Source: a virus
Length of the DNA: 64,000 bases
IMG/VR virus record: IMGVR_UViG_3300036715_000875
Span: 1 to 64,000 of that record
Reading direction: 5' to 3' (one strand)
Shown: piece by piece, positions 8,610 to 20,500 of the stretch
Layout: the number at the start of each line of letters is the position of its first letter
Position numbering within the stretch: position 1 is the stretch's first letter
Position numbers and translations under genes: made by a program
Notes under the pieces: model-generated
The model's input: only the letters and a program-made list of their open reading frames with translations
What the model was told of the DNA's origin: nothing
Databases searched by the model: none

Positions 8610-9650
8610 ATGGCAAAAGTACCAAGCGCTGGCTCATACATCAAGCCAGCAATTTTTATTGATCGTAAGCCAACCACTTATAATACAATGTTTAAAGCTG
8701 GAGCTCTAGTAGATGTAGCTCGTAAGATCAATGAAGCAGGCCTTCCATTGCTTATGAATCATAATTCAGGCAAGTTCCCTGTAGGTATGTGGTTTCAAGC
8801 TAAAGTTAATGAGGCTGAGCAGGTAGTTGCCCAGTTTTATATTCCAAAGGAGATTCCAGAATATGGAGATCTTACTTCTCGTATTGATACTGGTATCCTT
8901 GATAGTGTATCTATTGGATTCTCAGCCGGTGTACACGAATGCTCTATTTGTGGGAATGCTATTAGTGATTATAACCTATGCCCTCATGTACCAGGCAAGA
9001 CCTATGAGAATGCCACGTGCTATGTCCTACTAGATAATATTAGACCGTCTGAGGGGTCACTAGTTTACTCTGGTGCAGTACCTGCAGCTAAGATTCAGGA
9101 GGAGTTTACAGCTAAAGGGGACGGCTTTTCAAAAGAGGATTTCTTTAAGTCTAACCCGAATGCGTATGCAACTATTGATGTAGAGATTGTCCAGTCTGGC
9201 AATATTATACAAGACACGTACGATAACTTTGAAGAAGGAAATACAATGGATGCTCTCCAAGAATTACAAGAGAAATACGCTAAGAAAGTCGATGACCATC
9301 TTGTGCTAGCTGAAAAGTATGCAGAGACAGTTGAGAAAAATGCAACATTTGCATCTGAAGTCGCTAAGGTTAATGAGTATAAAGTAGCAGCTGATGAAGC
9401 TAATACTATGGCAGCTGCAGCGAAGGAAGAAGCTACTAAGATTCTTGAACAGTTTCAAACTGTTATTGAAGCTTTAGCACTTCCATTCGCTACAGACTAT
9501 AAAGCCCCAAGTGATTTCGAAGGCTGCGTAGCTGATCTTAATACGTACTTAGAAAAAGCAAAGGCTTTGCCAGTTGGCCAACAAACAGAACATCAAGATG
9601 AAGAGTCAGTAGCTGAGTTTTCAATCGCTGATGCAAATTACAAAGTATAA
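8610..9650 (+). CDS. prohead protease with C-terminal scaffold
   Basis: L.NH, VSIGF catalytic motif, CSICG...C.H.PG zinc motif, E.SLV; acidic coiled-coil C-terminal third. Confidence 0.8.
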   Translation: MAKVPSAGSYIKPAIFIDRKPTTYNTMFKAGALVDVARKINEAGLPLLMNHNSGKFPVGMWFQAKVNEAEQVVAQFYIPKEIPEYGDLTSRIDTGILDSVSIGFSAGVHECSICGNAISDYNLCPHVPGKTYENATCYVLLDNIRPSEGSLVYSGAVPAAKIQEEFTAKGDGFSKEDFFKSNPNAYATIDVEIVQSGNIIQDTYDNFEEGNTMDALQELQEKYAKKVDDHLVLAEKYAETVEKNATFASEVAKVNEYKVAADEANTMAAAAKEEATKILEQFQTVIEALALPFATDYKAPSDFEGCVADLNTYLEKAKALPVGQQTEHQDEESVAEFSIADANYKV

Positions 9651-9660
9651 GGAGCTCTAA

Positions 9661-10065
9661 ATGTCATATCCAATTTTACGCCTAGATGGTCAATACACAT
9701 TACAACGTGTGATTACGTTGCCAAATAACACAGGTACAGCACTTGAAGTAGCCGATATCGGTAAACCAGTAACCCTAAATGCAACAGGAGAAGTAATTCT
9801 TACTCCAGCAGCTCAAGCAACTTTCTTTGGTATTTTACGTTCAGTAGAATCTGATGGTTTTGTTTCAGTTGATTTTAGTGGCGTACATAATCTTACTACT
9901 GATATCGCTATTTCAGCTGGTAAAGCAGTAACCATTAATAATGGTAAAGTAGTTTTAGCGGTTACTCCAGCAGCAGGTCAGTCTGAGCTTGTAACAAATT
10001 GTGTTGCCTTGACATCTACAACAGCTGTCGTCGGTTCAAAAATCTCAGTATTCTTTCTCATCTAA
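9661..10065 (+). CDS. head decoration/cement protein
   Basis: Small beta-rich protein between protease and MCP; high-expression codon usage. Confidence 0.65.
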   Translation: MSYPILRLDGQYTLQRVITLPNNTGTALEVADIGKPVTLNATGEVILTPAAQATFFGILRSVESDGFVSVDFSGVHNLTTDIAISAGKAVTINNGKVVLAVTPAAGQSELVTNCVALTSTTAVVGSKISVFFLI

Positions 10066-10074
10066 GGAGTTAAA

Positions 10075-11235
10075 ATGAAACATAAGTATGGACATGCGGT
10101 CGTAGCTACTTCAGGTGAAGTAGCCCTCGGCTTAGAAATGTATAAAACAGCAAATGAGTTGAAGTTGAGTTTTTCTCAATTACTTGAGCGTGTTAACCCT
10201 TCTAAAGAAGGCGAAACTCTTGATGCATTTGAGCGTCAGTTAAAGCGTTTTGGTATTGTGACTAAGTCTAAACCAGCAGAAGGTATCTACGCTTCTACAA
10301 TCCAAGATTTCCTTGATGCAAAATCAGACGAGAAATTTGAAAATGCACCATTACAGGTAGCGGCTTCTCCACGTATCTTGTTTCCTGAGTATATCTCTCG
10401 TGTTGCACGTATTGCTCTTTTGAAGAATACTGACTATAATGTTGATCAAATTGTTGGAACCACTCGTGTTATTCCTAACAGTACTTTCAAAGATTTCTGG
10501 ATTGATACAACTGCTGGTAAATCAGATGATCTTGCAACTGACCGTTATGCAATGGGCCGTACATCAGAGTTTGGTGCATTTCCTCGTGTTAAAATCGGCT
10601 GGTCTGAGACTGCAAAAAGTCTTTATAAGCGCGGTATCCAAATTGATATGTCATATGAGTTTCAACGTGAAGCAACTATGGATATTCTTAATATGGTAAT
10701 TGACCGTATCATGATGAGTCAACGTATTGACTTATTTAAGAAAGCTGTTGGTATTGCTTATAACGGAACAACTGTTGTTCAGTCAAGTGCGCTTGATTCA
10801 GCATCTATTGGTGGAGCACTTACGTATAATGCTTGGTTGAAATGGACTGCATCTTTTGCACCTTACTCTCCGGATGTATACTATATGAGTATCAATACAG
10901 CGATCAAAGTCATTACTATGGCTAAACCAAACATCGACCCAGTAGCTATTATGGCTTCATTGAACCAAGGTCCTGTAACTCAAGAAATTCAGGTTACTCG
11001 TGGAATCTGGAAAAATGTTACAATCTGGCCGTTCACAGACAGTACTTTGCCTGATGATTATATCCTTACTCTTGATAAGCAGTATGCTCTTGAGCGTGTT
11101 ATTCAAGCTGGAACGGATATTCAGGAAACTGAAAAAATCATTACTCAACAGTTTGATAGCGTTGTTATCTCTATCTCTGATGATATTTCAAAGATCTTCA
11201 CTGACGCGATCTTCTTACTCCATATCTCGGCGTAA
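10075..11235 (+). CDS. major capsid protein
   Basis: 386 aa; position in head module; E.G.FP / K.G..I..SYE HK97-like segment; high-expression codon bias. Confidence 0.85.
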   Translation: MKHKYGHAVVATSGEVALGLEMYKTANELKLSFSQLLERVNPSKEGETLDAFERQLKRFGIVTKSKPAEGIYASTIQDFLDAKSDEKFENAPLQVAASPRILFPEYISRVARIALLKNTDYNVDQIVGTTRVIPNSTFKDFWIDTTAGKSDDLATDRYAMGRTSEFGAFPRVKIGWSETAKSLYKRGIQIDMSYEFQREATMDILNMVIDRIMMSQRIDLFKKAVGIAYNGTTVVQSSALDSASIGGALTYNAWLKWTASFAPYSPDVYYMSINTAIKVITMAKPNIDPVAIMASLNQGPVTQEIQVTRGIWKNVTIWPFTDSTLPDDYILTLDKQYALERVIQAGTDIQETEKIITQQFDSVVISISDDISKIFTDAIFLLHISA

Positions 11236-11244
11236 GGGTAACAG

Positions 11245-11436
11245 ATGAGAGTTCGAGCCACAGACAGTACTAAAGCGTACTATGATCGTGAACAAAATGT
11301 AGCGATTGATGGGACAGGGAGCTTCCCTGTCAAGCCAACTTCTCTTATCCGTGCCTTAATTGGTAGTGGTGATTTAGTAGAAGTAGAAGAGGTAGTAGCC
11401 GAGGTAACTGAGGCAGCTAAGACTTTAAAAAAATAA
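11245..11436 (+). CDS. small head-associated protein
   Basis: 63-aa ORF after MCP with I..G.L.EV motif typical of this position. Confidence 0.55.
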   Translation: MRVRATDSTKAYYDREQNVAIDGTGSFPVKPTSLIRALIGSGDLVEVEEVVAEVTEAAKTLKK

Positions 11437-11449
11437 CTAGGGATTGTAG

Positions 11450-11860
11450 ATGATAACACCAGAACAGATTCGGGCCTTATCTGGTCTATCATCCGCAGAA
11501 CTACCTGACGCTGTTATTACAGCGTCTTTTGTGTTAGACCGTGTAGAGGTAGACTGTAATATAGTTTTCCCTATTCTTGTTGATATAAAAGACTCTGGAC
11601 TTACAGACCTTGAAAAGCTAGAAGCTTTCAAGCAGCATGACTATAAAGTATGGAAGGCTATAGTATACTTAGAGAACTATATCCGTACAGCCATACCAAA
11701 AACTATAAGTGATAACTTTAATACCTTCACTCGTTTTGATACAGTGGATATAATGTTAGCTGCAGCTAAAACCTTTGTAAGTAATTTAGAGAGTCCTACA
11801 GTAGCTGTTGAATCAATATTCATAGTAGTATCTCCTGATACTGACCCAGTAACGAGCTAA
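11450..11860 (+). CDS. putative head-tail adaptor
   Basis: Position; N-terminal T.EQIRAL.GL...ELPD motif. Confidence 0.55.
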   Translation: MITPEQIRALSGLSSAELPDAVITASFVLDRVEVDCNIVFPILVDIKDSGLTDLEKLEAFKQHDYKVWKAIVYLENYIRTAIPKTISDNFNTFTRFDTVDIMLAAAKTFVSNLESPTVAVESIFIVVSPDTDPVTS

Positions 11861-11861
11861 C

Positions 11862-12407
11862 ATGGACTTATCACTTACTCGTGCACACTTCTTAAAAAGT
11901 ATTGATTTTACTATAGAGACGCATTATATTAAAGATTTATCTCACGCGTCTTATAGCTTAAATATGGACTCCCTAAAGAGTGCTTATATACTGCATATTT
12001 CTAACGAAAGCGACTTAGAATTAGAAGGGCACGAAATTAAAATAGGCTTACAGCCATTTATCGTGTATAGAAGCGCTATTGAGCCTATAAGTTTTCAGCA
12101 TTATACTTATGAGCTACTTCCTCTAACTACTTATATTGAACTTGCTATAGTAACTAAAGTAACAAACGCTATAGGAGCTGGAGCGCCTAGTATAGGTACT
12201 TATGTGAAGTTTAACTGTTCATTAAGAAATAACTCTGAGACAGGCTCTCAACCAGTACCAGTATTTCAGCAAGAGTTTTCAGTAGCTTCAAAAGCATATG
12301 ACCCAACTAAAGAGTATAAACTTAGGTACTTAGGAAGAGCTTATAAGCTTAAATCTAGGCTCATGGACAACGGAGCAACAAAACTATACGCAATAGAGGA
12401 TATATAA
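11862..12407 (+). CDS. putative head closure/neck protein
   Basis: Position; beta-rich. Confidence 0.45.
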   Translation: MDLSLTRAHFLKSIDFTIETHYIKDLSHASYSLNMDSLKSAYILHISNESDLELEGHEIKIGLQPFIVYRSAIEPISFQHYTYELLPLTTYIELAIVTKVTNAIGAGAPSIGTYVKFNCSLRNNSETGSQPVPVFQQEFSVASKAYDPTKEYKLRYLGRAYKLKSRLMDNGATKLYAIEDI

Positions 12408-12408
12408 G

Positions 12409-12894
12409 ATGGCCACACTTATCGACGCAAACACAAGTATCTACAAGTTATTTAATGACTTCCTAGTAGAGCTAGCTTTAGACATAGATCTACCAGCATT
12501 CGAGTTTTTAGCTGTATCTTCTTTAGAGTCAGCTTACTTAACCCTTAGTAGTTCAACTAGTAAGATAGTTGTTGTACAGAAAGAGCAATCAAATACTGGA
12601 GCGTTCACTAAAATAGTCTATAGTTTAGTACCTTCATTTTCTGGTTTAACTGGGGCAGTAGATTATAACTCTATATTAACCCTAAAAGTATTTTCAGCCT
12701 TTATGGCTAAGTATCCTAGGTATACAGCAATCCAACTATATGAAGCGATTGGACTAATATCTACACCAAGTATTATTACACCTCTAGATAGTAAGATGGC
12801 TATCATTGAACTAAAACAAAGTATAGTTGGTGCGAGCACACTGCAGAATAACTTCACAGAGCTAGAAATTACGTTCCTAGGCTATCTAAGTTGA
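12409..12894 (+). CDS. putative tail terminator
   Basis: Position just before the tail tube gene. Confidence 0.4.
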   Translation: MATLIDANTSIYKLFNDFLVELALDIDLPAFEFLAVSSLESAYLTLSSSTSKIVVVQKEQSNTGAFTKIVYSLVPSFSGLTGAVDYNSILTLKVFSAFMAKYPRYTAIQLYEAIGLISTPSIITPLDSKMAIIELKQSIVGASTLQNNFTELEITFLGYLS

Positions 12895-12956
12895 GGTTGT
12901 CCAGAACAACTAGCTGCATATAACTCGATGATATAACAAACTAAAAAGGACCTTCC

Positions 12957-13775
12957 ATGGCAAATACAGCTAAAACTGCAGAGTTTTTTATCGGTGACTT
13001 GGACATTCGTGTAAGTACTGATCTAACAAAAGCCGGCGAACTTGGGCCAGAGCATTCTATTGGTCTTTTGCAAGATGCAAAAGTTACAATGAATACTAAC
13101 CAAGTTAAACTTCAATCAGGTTTTCCTCAGCGTACGTATGCTTCTGTTGTAACTTCTCGTGAGTTAACAGTAGCAGGTTCGTTCAATGAGTATTCAATCT
13201 CTAACCTTGCACTTATGTATGGTGATAATGACGCTCTTGCAAAAGCTATTTTAGCTTCTCCAAAGTCTTCTGATCTTACAGCAGTAGCCGCTACAGCAAG
13301 TTCAACTTTGACAGTAACTCTTGGAACAGGCTTTACAGCTGGTGATACTGTTTATGTCTACTCTAAAGCTAACTCTTCAGATGTATTTGTAACCAGTGTT
13401 GTTTCTCTTGCGGTAAATGTTATTACTATTGCTGACCCACTTCCACGCGGATTTGCTATTGGTGATATGGTTTCTAAAGTTATTTCTGTTGAACTTGGTT
13501 CAAGTGATAACACTAAAGAGCTTACAATCCAAGTTGTTGGTACAATGCCTCTTGATGGTACTCCATTCGTCTATGACATTTGGAAAGGTGTTATTTCTGG
13601 TTCTGCAGAAGTTGCAGCTTCAACTCAAAACTTTGGTGCACTTGCGTTCCAAATTGACCCACTACAGCCAACAGCTTCTGAAATTGCTGCAGGTAAGTAT
13701 GGTATTACTGCTGTTAAGAAAGCAGTTGTCGCTCAGTATGCTCAAGGTCGTTTGACTAAGAATATCGTTGCGTAA
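12957..13775 (+). CDS. major tail (tube) protein
   Basis: Position before chaperone and TMP; beta-rich; high-expression codons; followed by a cUUCGg hairpin. Confidence 0.75.
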   Translation: MANTAKTAEFFIGDLDIRVSTDLTKAGELGPEHSIGLLQDAKVTMNTNQVKLQSGFPQRTYASVVTSRELTVAGSFNEYSISNLALMYGDNDALAKAILASPKSSDLTAVAATASSTLTVTLGTGFTAGDTVYVYSKANSSDVFVTSVVSLAVNVITIADPLPRGFAIGDMVSKVISVELGSSDNTKELTIQVVGTMPLDGTPFVYDIWKGVISGSAEVAASTQNFGALAFQIDPLQPTASEIAAGKYGITAVKKAVVAQYAQGRLTKNIVA

Positions 13776-13782
13776 CAATGAC

Positions 13783-13798
13783 GCTAGCTTCGGCTAGC
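13783..13798 (+). terminator. cUUCGg hairpin after the tail tube gene (terminator or stabiliser)
   Basis: GCTAGC-TTCG-GCTAGC; lacks a clean U-tract. Confidence 0.6.
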
Positions 13799-13888
13799 AT
13801 CCAATTGTTTGATAGTTTATGTTACTGCTCGGGGGATTGTGGCCCGAACGTTTTTCGAGCAGTATCCTAAGTTATTAAAGGGCCACAA

Positions 13889-14251
13889 ATGGAAGAATTA
13901 TATTTACACTTTGAGTTTTATGAGAATATCGCACCTGTTGATGTACTTATAACTTGGGGTATTCATAAAGAACTGAGCAATTACCTACTAGCGGATGAAA
14001 ATCTATTTAACCTATTCACTAATGACACTATCTCAGATATGGTTATAAACATATGCCTAGCTGAACGTGATATGTATGGTAAGGCTAGTAAGCCATTTGA
14101 TTATATAAACCTATTAACTACTAATAGTATGATCGCTAACCTAGAGTTAGTATTTAACTACTTTGAGAATTTTTTTTTCCAGAATCAGCTGCGCCTAGCG
14201 AAGACAACGGAGAAGTTACTGAGCGTGAGATCTCAGAATATAGCTCAATAA
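13889..14251 (+). CDS. tail assembly chaperone (gpG-like)
   Basis: Between tube and TMP; contains a T9 slippery run at 14170-14178. Confidence 0.75.
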   Translation: MEELYLHFEFYENIAPVDVLITWGIHKELSNYLLADENLFNLFTNDTISDMVINICLAERDMYGKASKPFDYINLLTTNSMIANLELVFNYFENFFFQNQLRLAKTTEKLLSVRSQNIAQ

Positions 14252-14526
14252 ACCTACTATTAGAGGCTAACTCAGATAGTCTATTTCTATGGCTCTATGA
14301 TTATAGAACCGAAGACTATATGAAAGCTTCATTTATCCTCTCTTTAAACCAACTGAAAAAAGCCGCTTCCTTCAAATTGGAGATGACCAACAGCGCGCTT
14401 TATGATAAGTTCTTAATAATAGCAAAAGCATTTGGTAATGAAGTTAAAACGAACGATAGCAGAGCAGCCAGTAGGCTTCCTCCAGCGAGTTTTGAAGGTC
14501 TAGCCACATTTTTAGGGAGTATGTAA
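14170..14526 (+). CDS. -1 frameshift extension of the tail chaperone (gpGT-like)
   Basis: The -1 frame is open from 14170 (FFFPESAAPSEDNGE...) through the ATG at 14320 to the stop at 14526. Confidence 0.8.
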   Translation, partial: FFFPESAAPSEDNGEVTEREISEYSSINLLLEANSDSLFLWLYDYRTEDYMKASFILSLNQLKKAASFKLEMTNSALYDKFLIIAKAFGNEVKTNDSRAASRLPPASFEGLATFLGSM

Positions 14527-17500
14527 TGGAGTTTAATGCCAGAGACCTAATAGGTCAAATTATGGGAATAAAGAATGCCCAAGACGCTACCCAAGTTAGA
14601 GCAAGACTTAATAGTCTTAAAGGCAAAGTTACAGATACTCAGTATAATCAATTAACTAACGCATTAGAGTCAAAAACTAAAAATATGCCAAGTAACCCTA
14701 TAGGTAGACAGAGTAATGTAGACTTGAATAGCCTACAATGGGGAACTCCAAATATTGTTCAGCAAGCTAATGAGCTAAAGAGAAGTGCAGCTCTAGAGCA
14801 ATTAGCTCTAGATAAGCAAGTAGCTATGGATAATCTTATAGCTAAGACTACAGATCATGGCAGATCAATAACTCCAAATAAACCAAATAACTCTAGATAT
14901 AAGCCACTTAATCCAGCTGTAGCACCATATAGTACCTTAACTAAAGATACAAGTATATCTTGGGAAGTTAATGAGTTTTTAACTCGTTACTTTACTCAAA
15001 AGTCAGGGCTATCTGCAGATACTCAGTGGAAAGCGTTCGTTAGAGGTAGTAGTATGCCAAAGGGCATGCAGTACAATAGTAACTTAGAGCAACAGGTTCT
15101 TCAAGAGGTTAAAGCTTTAGAAGACCGCCTAGGTGGCTCAAATCAGGCAAAACAACACTTTAGTGGTATGTCATACCAGTCTACTGTGAGAGAAATCGAA
15201 GGTGTTAAAGTAGCTCTTAATACAGCTTTTTCTAATGATAAGAAGACTGCACTACTCTTCGCGCTAGATAAAGGCAATGAGGATACACTATCTAAGTCTT
15301 TAGCTCAGATGTTTAGCTTATATAAAGGCTTAGAAAAGATTGAAGTGGCTACTAAGTCAGGGGTTAAGACTTTTACACGAGATAGCAATATTATCTCTGG
15401 ACCTACTACTGATAATCTATTACAAGGTAAAGCTAAACTTGCGCAGAATGCTAATAGACTTAAGAAAGATCATATAGGTACAACAAACTATTATAAGCCA
15501 ACTCAAGCTGCAAAGACTACGTATGAGAATACTCAAGCAGAACTTCAGGCTATAGCACTTAAGCAACTTGAAGATCTATCTAAAACTGCAGTAGCTACTA
15601 TGCCAGTGGGAGTACTAGAAAAGTTTTTAGCTCATACCAAAGTAAAAGATTTAAAGAAGTATGGGTCATACTTTGGAGACCAGTTTAGTAAGTTAGCTCA
15701 GTATTCACTAAGTGATAATAATACTTTAAGTCAGACTTTATCCCCTGAGCAGGTTAAAAACATAAGACTAGCAACTGCTAGAAATCGTGCAGAAGAGTAT
15801 GCTGTACATGCTAGAGCAGCTCAGAAGCAAACTGTTAACCTAGGTAGTGAACTAGGGGTAAGTAAAAAGGCTATTATCACTGAGGCGAGTAAAAACCTTG
15901 GGCGAGATACTACAAAGCATCTAGAAGCACTACACGCTATTAACTCATTTTTTACAGAGTCTAAGCATGATGCTATAGCCTATGCTAGACAAACTGGAAG
16001 TAAAGAAACAAATCCTCAAGCCCTCTTTGATAAAAAGTATCCTGAGCGTATTGGGTTCTTAGACCTAATGAAAAGTTCAAGGCCAGAGGTTTATAAGTCT
16101 GCGGTATCAATGCTAATGGCAAATAAAAATAATAGAACTTGGTTAGAGTCGAGAGGCTTATTAGCTGAGAATACAGCTAACCCAATTCTTAACCTTAAGG
16201 GACTTGTACAAGAGAAGTTTACTAGAGTATTAGCTAGATCAATTTCTGATAATCCAAATTCTATAGATGGTAGAATGGACCCAGAGCTATTAAACTTATT
16301 ATCAAGTAAAGCACTAGGCCATGCTAATAAGATATTTGAGAGTGAACGTAATGTAGCTTCTCCAGTTGGAGCACTAGCTGTAAAGAAATTTGAGGGCCGT
16401 TTAATAGATAACCTTAATGATATGGTAGAAGGCCAGAAATTTGCTAAGGTGTATAACTCTGCAGGGTTCACACAAGTTGTTAATAAAACTCTAATGGGTG
16501 ATATTGACCTAGGTGATACAGTAGCCAATAGGGCTGAGCAGCAAGAAAAACTTCAGCAAGAGAGTTCTAGAATTTTTAGTGACATGATTAAAAATCATGA
16601 GGGTAAAGTTAAAGTTCAAGCTCTAGAGCAAATGAAGCAACAAGCTCATGAGCAGGCTATGTTTAACCTAGGCCTCGACTCTGACGGTATGCAGATTGAA
16701 ACCTTAAGTCTTAAGGAAAAATTCTTTGGTGCTCAATCTCAAGTTAATATTGGAAAACTGCTTAAAGCTAAGAATCTAGATAAAGTTAACTCAAGTAAAT
16801 TATCAGAGTTTGATCAACTACAGATAAAGATGGCCAAAGGTACAATGACTATTGAAGACCATAAGAATCTTATGGATACTGCAGCTGCACTTGGTATAGG
16901 TAATTCTAGTAATTTTGGCTCTATTGGTGGACTTCAGAAGATAATTAAAGGGCTTAGAGAAGGCCAGTATGAGTTTAACGCTTTAACTGTTGAGGGTAAG
17001 GCTGATCTTAGTTCTCCTAGAATTCATATTAGTAAAGAACTTCGTAAGAGTATTCTAGAAGGCTTTTCTTCTGACCCTAAGATTAATAAGCAACAACTAG
17101 CGGAGTATAATAAACTTGGATTATATAATGAAGTAGATGGAAGACTTGAAGTGTCTAAGATTATGAAGACAGCTTCTGAGTCAACTCTTATGATGGTTAA
17201 AGGGTCTCCAGAGGATAAAAAGACTAGACAGTACTTAACTGAGTATTTTGCTGGGTTAGATGTAGATCAACTTACAGTTGGAGAAAAGAAAAGAGCTGTA
17301 GCTATCCATACAGCATTAGCTAGTGGTGCAGCTGTAACTCAAAAGATGGTAGATATTAGAAAAAATGCTCAAGTAAAAGCTGACCCTCATAATATGATTG
17401 AAAATATGTATAATACTCTTAGCTTAGACCCTAAGAACGCGCAGTATACAACACTAAAAGCCTCACAACATAGTATTCTTAGAAAGAAGTCTGAGCTTAC

Positions 17501-20500
17501 CGATCAAGCGTTACAAAATATGCTTAAGTATGATTCAGTTAAGCAATTTTATAATAACCCAGAAGTAGCCGGTAAAGTTGATGGGTTCTACGCAAGTGTA
17601 CCAGTAGATGGAGCAGAGACTAACAAACTAATATCACGCTTAGGTGAGTTTGGAACTTTAGAGACAAGTAAGTTGAGAGACTTTAGAGGTATGAAGCTAA
17701 ATGATAAACTTAACCTAGTTGGTAAGGCTTTACATATAAAGTACCTAGATAGTCTAGGCACAGATGCTAATGGTAATAAGGTACATACAGCTAGATCAAT
17801 AGCATACTCTTCAGCTATGAATAAACTATCAGGAGATATAGCGTCTCTAACTAGTGGTCAAGTAGGCCGTACAGCAAAGCTTGATATAGTTAGTAAGCTA
17901 CGAGGCACCCCAGTAGCAAGCTTAGTATCCCAAAAGTACTTAGAGAATGAGATGGCTAATACAATAGCGTTTGCTCATTTAAACACTGGAGGAGACCGTA
18001 AGTTCCAGTTAGGGGATATAGTTGATGACTTATCTAAGGCAAGACTAAAAGCAGAAGCCCTAACTAACATAGAGCGTGACTTTGGTATACATAGAGAGGG
18101 TCTTGGAGCAGTTCAGTACCCATTTAAAGCATTAGCTGGACAAGGTACAACTGAGTTGAGAGCTTCTAGACTTAGTATGTTAGACTCACTTAGTAATGCA
18201 AGCCCTCTGGGTGGGCAGTTCTATGATAGTATAGACTTAGACCCAGGCGCATTAGGCTATGTAGCTAAAAGCACTAGGGAGGTAGCTATTAATAATCATA
18301 AGAGAAACCTAGCTACCTCAGCCCTTATGAAGGGTAGACAAGTAGAACTACCTTCTGAAGAACCTAGGCTAAGACCATTCATAAGAGCAGCTAGAGAAGG
18401 TAAAGTTAAGTTCTCAGCAACTGATCTACTAGAACTAGCTAAGCATGTACCATTCTTACGCTTAGCTACTGGAGGAAAGATTCCAGGTAAAGGCCATGTT
18501 GATGAAGTTCCTGCGCTATTAATGAAAGGTGAAATGGTAGTTGATAGAGCTACTACAGAGAGTTTAGGGATTCATACAAATAGCGATTATAAAAGATTTA
18601 AGCAAGCAATAGCTAATGGTAAAGTCAAACACTTTGCAGAGGGTGGTATGACAGATGAGGAGAAGCAAAAAATTCAAGATGCACTACTATCTCAAGGCAT
18701 TAGCCTAGAGTCAGCAGCTAAGATTCTAGAAAGTAGTGTTGGTAAGGCTCCTGGGGCTCGCCTAGGAGAGTCAGTACTAAGTCTAGGAGATGAACCTGAG
18801 TATAACCATACTCCTGCGGCAGTTGCTGTAGATAATGGAGTTAAGCCAAAAGCTCCTAGTGCATTGAAAGCTATTAATACTGATACCATAGCTAAAAAGA
18901 CTGAGAGTGCGAATGCTTTTAGGGAACTAACTAACCAGCTTAAACGAGGAACAATACTTGACGCTGCAACAATGCTTAGCCCTAAGAATCTTCTAGAACT
19001 AGAACAAGCTCATGGTTCAGGCTTTGTAAGTAAGCTGAAACCTTACCAAGAGTTAGTAGCTAATAGTGGTAGCTTATCTAAGGTAGACTCAATTGAGTCT
19101 ATATTATCAGTTAATAACTCTTCATCTTTAGGGGCAGATCAAGCGGCAATACTTAAGAAGATTAGTAGTAGTAAAGCGCAGACTCTTAATATAAAAGAGA
19201 GAACTGACTCAGCTAATGCAGACTTTGTTAGTAACATGAATAATACGGCTATGAATGAGTTAGCTGAAATGTGGAAAGACCCTCGTAAAGCTAAGAACAT
19301 GATGAGTAGAGTTCTAGAGGCTGAGACAACAGCTACTAATCCTAAGACAGTTAAAAATGTCTCTGATATGAAAGTAAAGATGACTGAGCTAATGCTAGGT
19401 TCATCTTATGGTGAAGTAACAGACGCTTTAAGAAAAGGTGATACTAGCACACTATCACCTTTAGGTAGAGCCGCTCTTGATGGACTATCATCTAACTCAC
19501 AGCAGTTACAAGACTTTAAGAAAGTAGCTACTCCAGATATAGCTGAAGGTGTGCATAAGTATTCTGGAGCCAAAGATGATGGGCTAACAAACGCTATGAA
19601 GCTTGTTAATAATAACTTAACTGAGGTGTCTAAGATTCTTAGAACTGAGGCTAAGCCAATAACTAATAGAGCTGAGTTTAACCAGTTTATAGGCGAGGTT
19701 CTTAAGAATAATGCTGATGGAGGTTTCACTGCAGCTAATGTTGATGGTGGAGCTAAAGGGGCAGCAAAAGCTAAAGATATGTTTAATACTCTAAAAGGTG
19801 GTATTGATAAGAATCAAGACTTTGACTCTTACCACTCTATGGGTGAAATGGGTAGACAAGCAGAGTCTGTACAGCGAATCAAAGAGTCATCACAAATGCG
19901 ATGGGCGAACTTTAAAGACTTAATGGTACAAAATACAGCCTTCGCAGCTTCATATGCAGTACTTGGTGGGGCTACTAGTTCAATAGTTGGAGCTACTCAG
20001 TTTATAGTTAATCTTGATGAGAAGATGAAAAACTTACAAGCTATTACAGGGTCCACTACTCCTGAAGTAGCTAAGATGGCAAGTACTATTAAAGAGGTAT
20101 CAACTCAAACTAAGTTCTCAGCTGGAGAGATTGCTGATGCGGCAACAGTTCTAGGGCAAGCTGGGTTTAGTGCGCAAGATATTTCAGAGTCTCTTGGTGG
20201 GGTTGTTAAGCTAGCAACAGCTACAGGGTCCAGCCTAGATGAGGCTACACAAACATTAACATCAGCCCTAACAATTTGGGATGCTCCTATGAAGGCCTCA
20301 GAGAGCTATGCTAATGAGTTTACAGCAGCAATCAATAAGTCTAAGCTTGATATTAACTCTCTAGGTATGGCATTACAGTATTCAGGTAGTATTGCTGCTG
20401 AAGGTGGTATACCTGTAGAAGACCTTGTAACTGTTACATCTCTAATGAAAGATGCGGGGGTTAAGTCAGCATCAACTTCTGGGACAGGCCAGCGATTAGT

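Noticed and set aside
4965-12940. Late-promoter motif TCGATG...TATAACAA upstream of terS and the tail tube gene
   Set aside because: Only two instances, with different spacing; too weak to call.
14526-19900. Virion RNA polymerase in the giant ORF
   Set aside because: No DxDGD or T7-type catalytic motifs seen; the ORF has clear tape-measure features.
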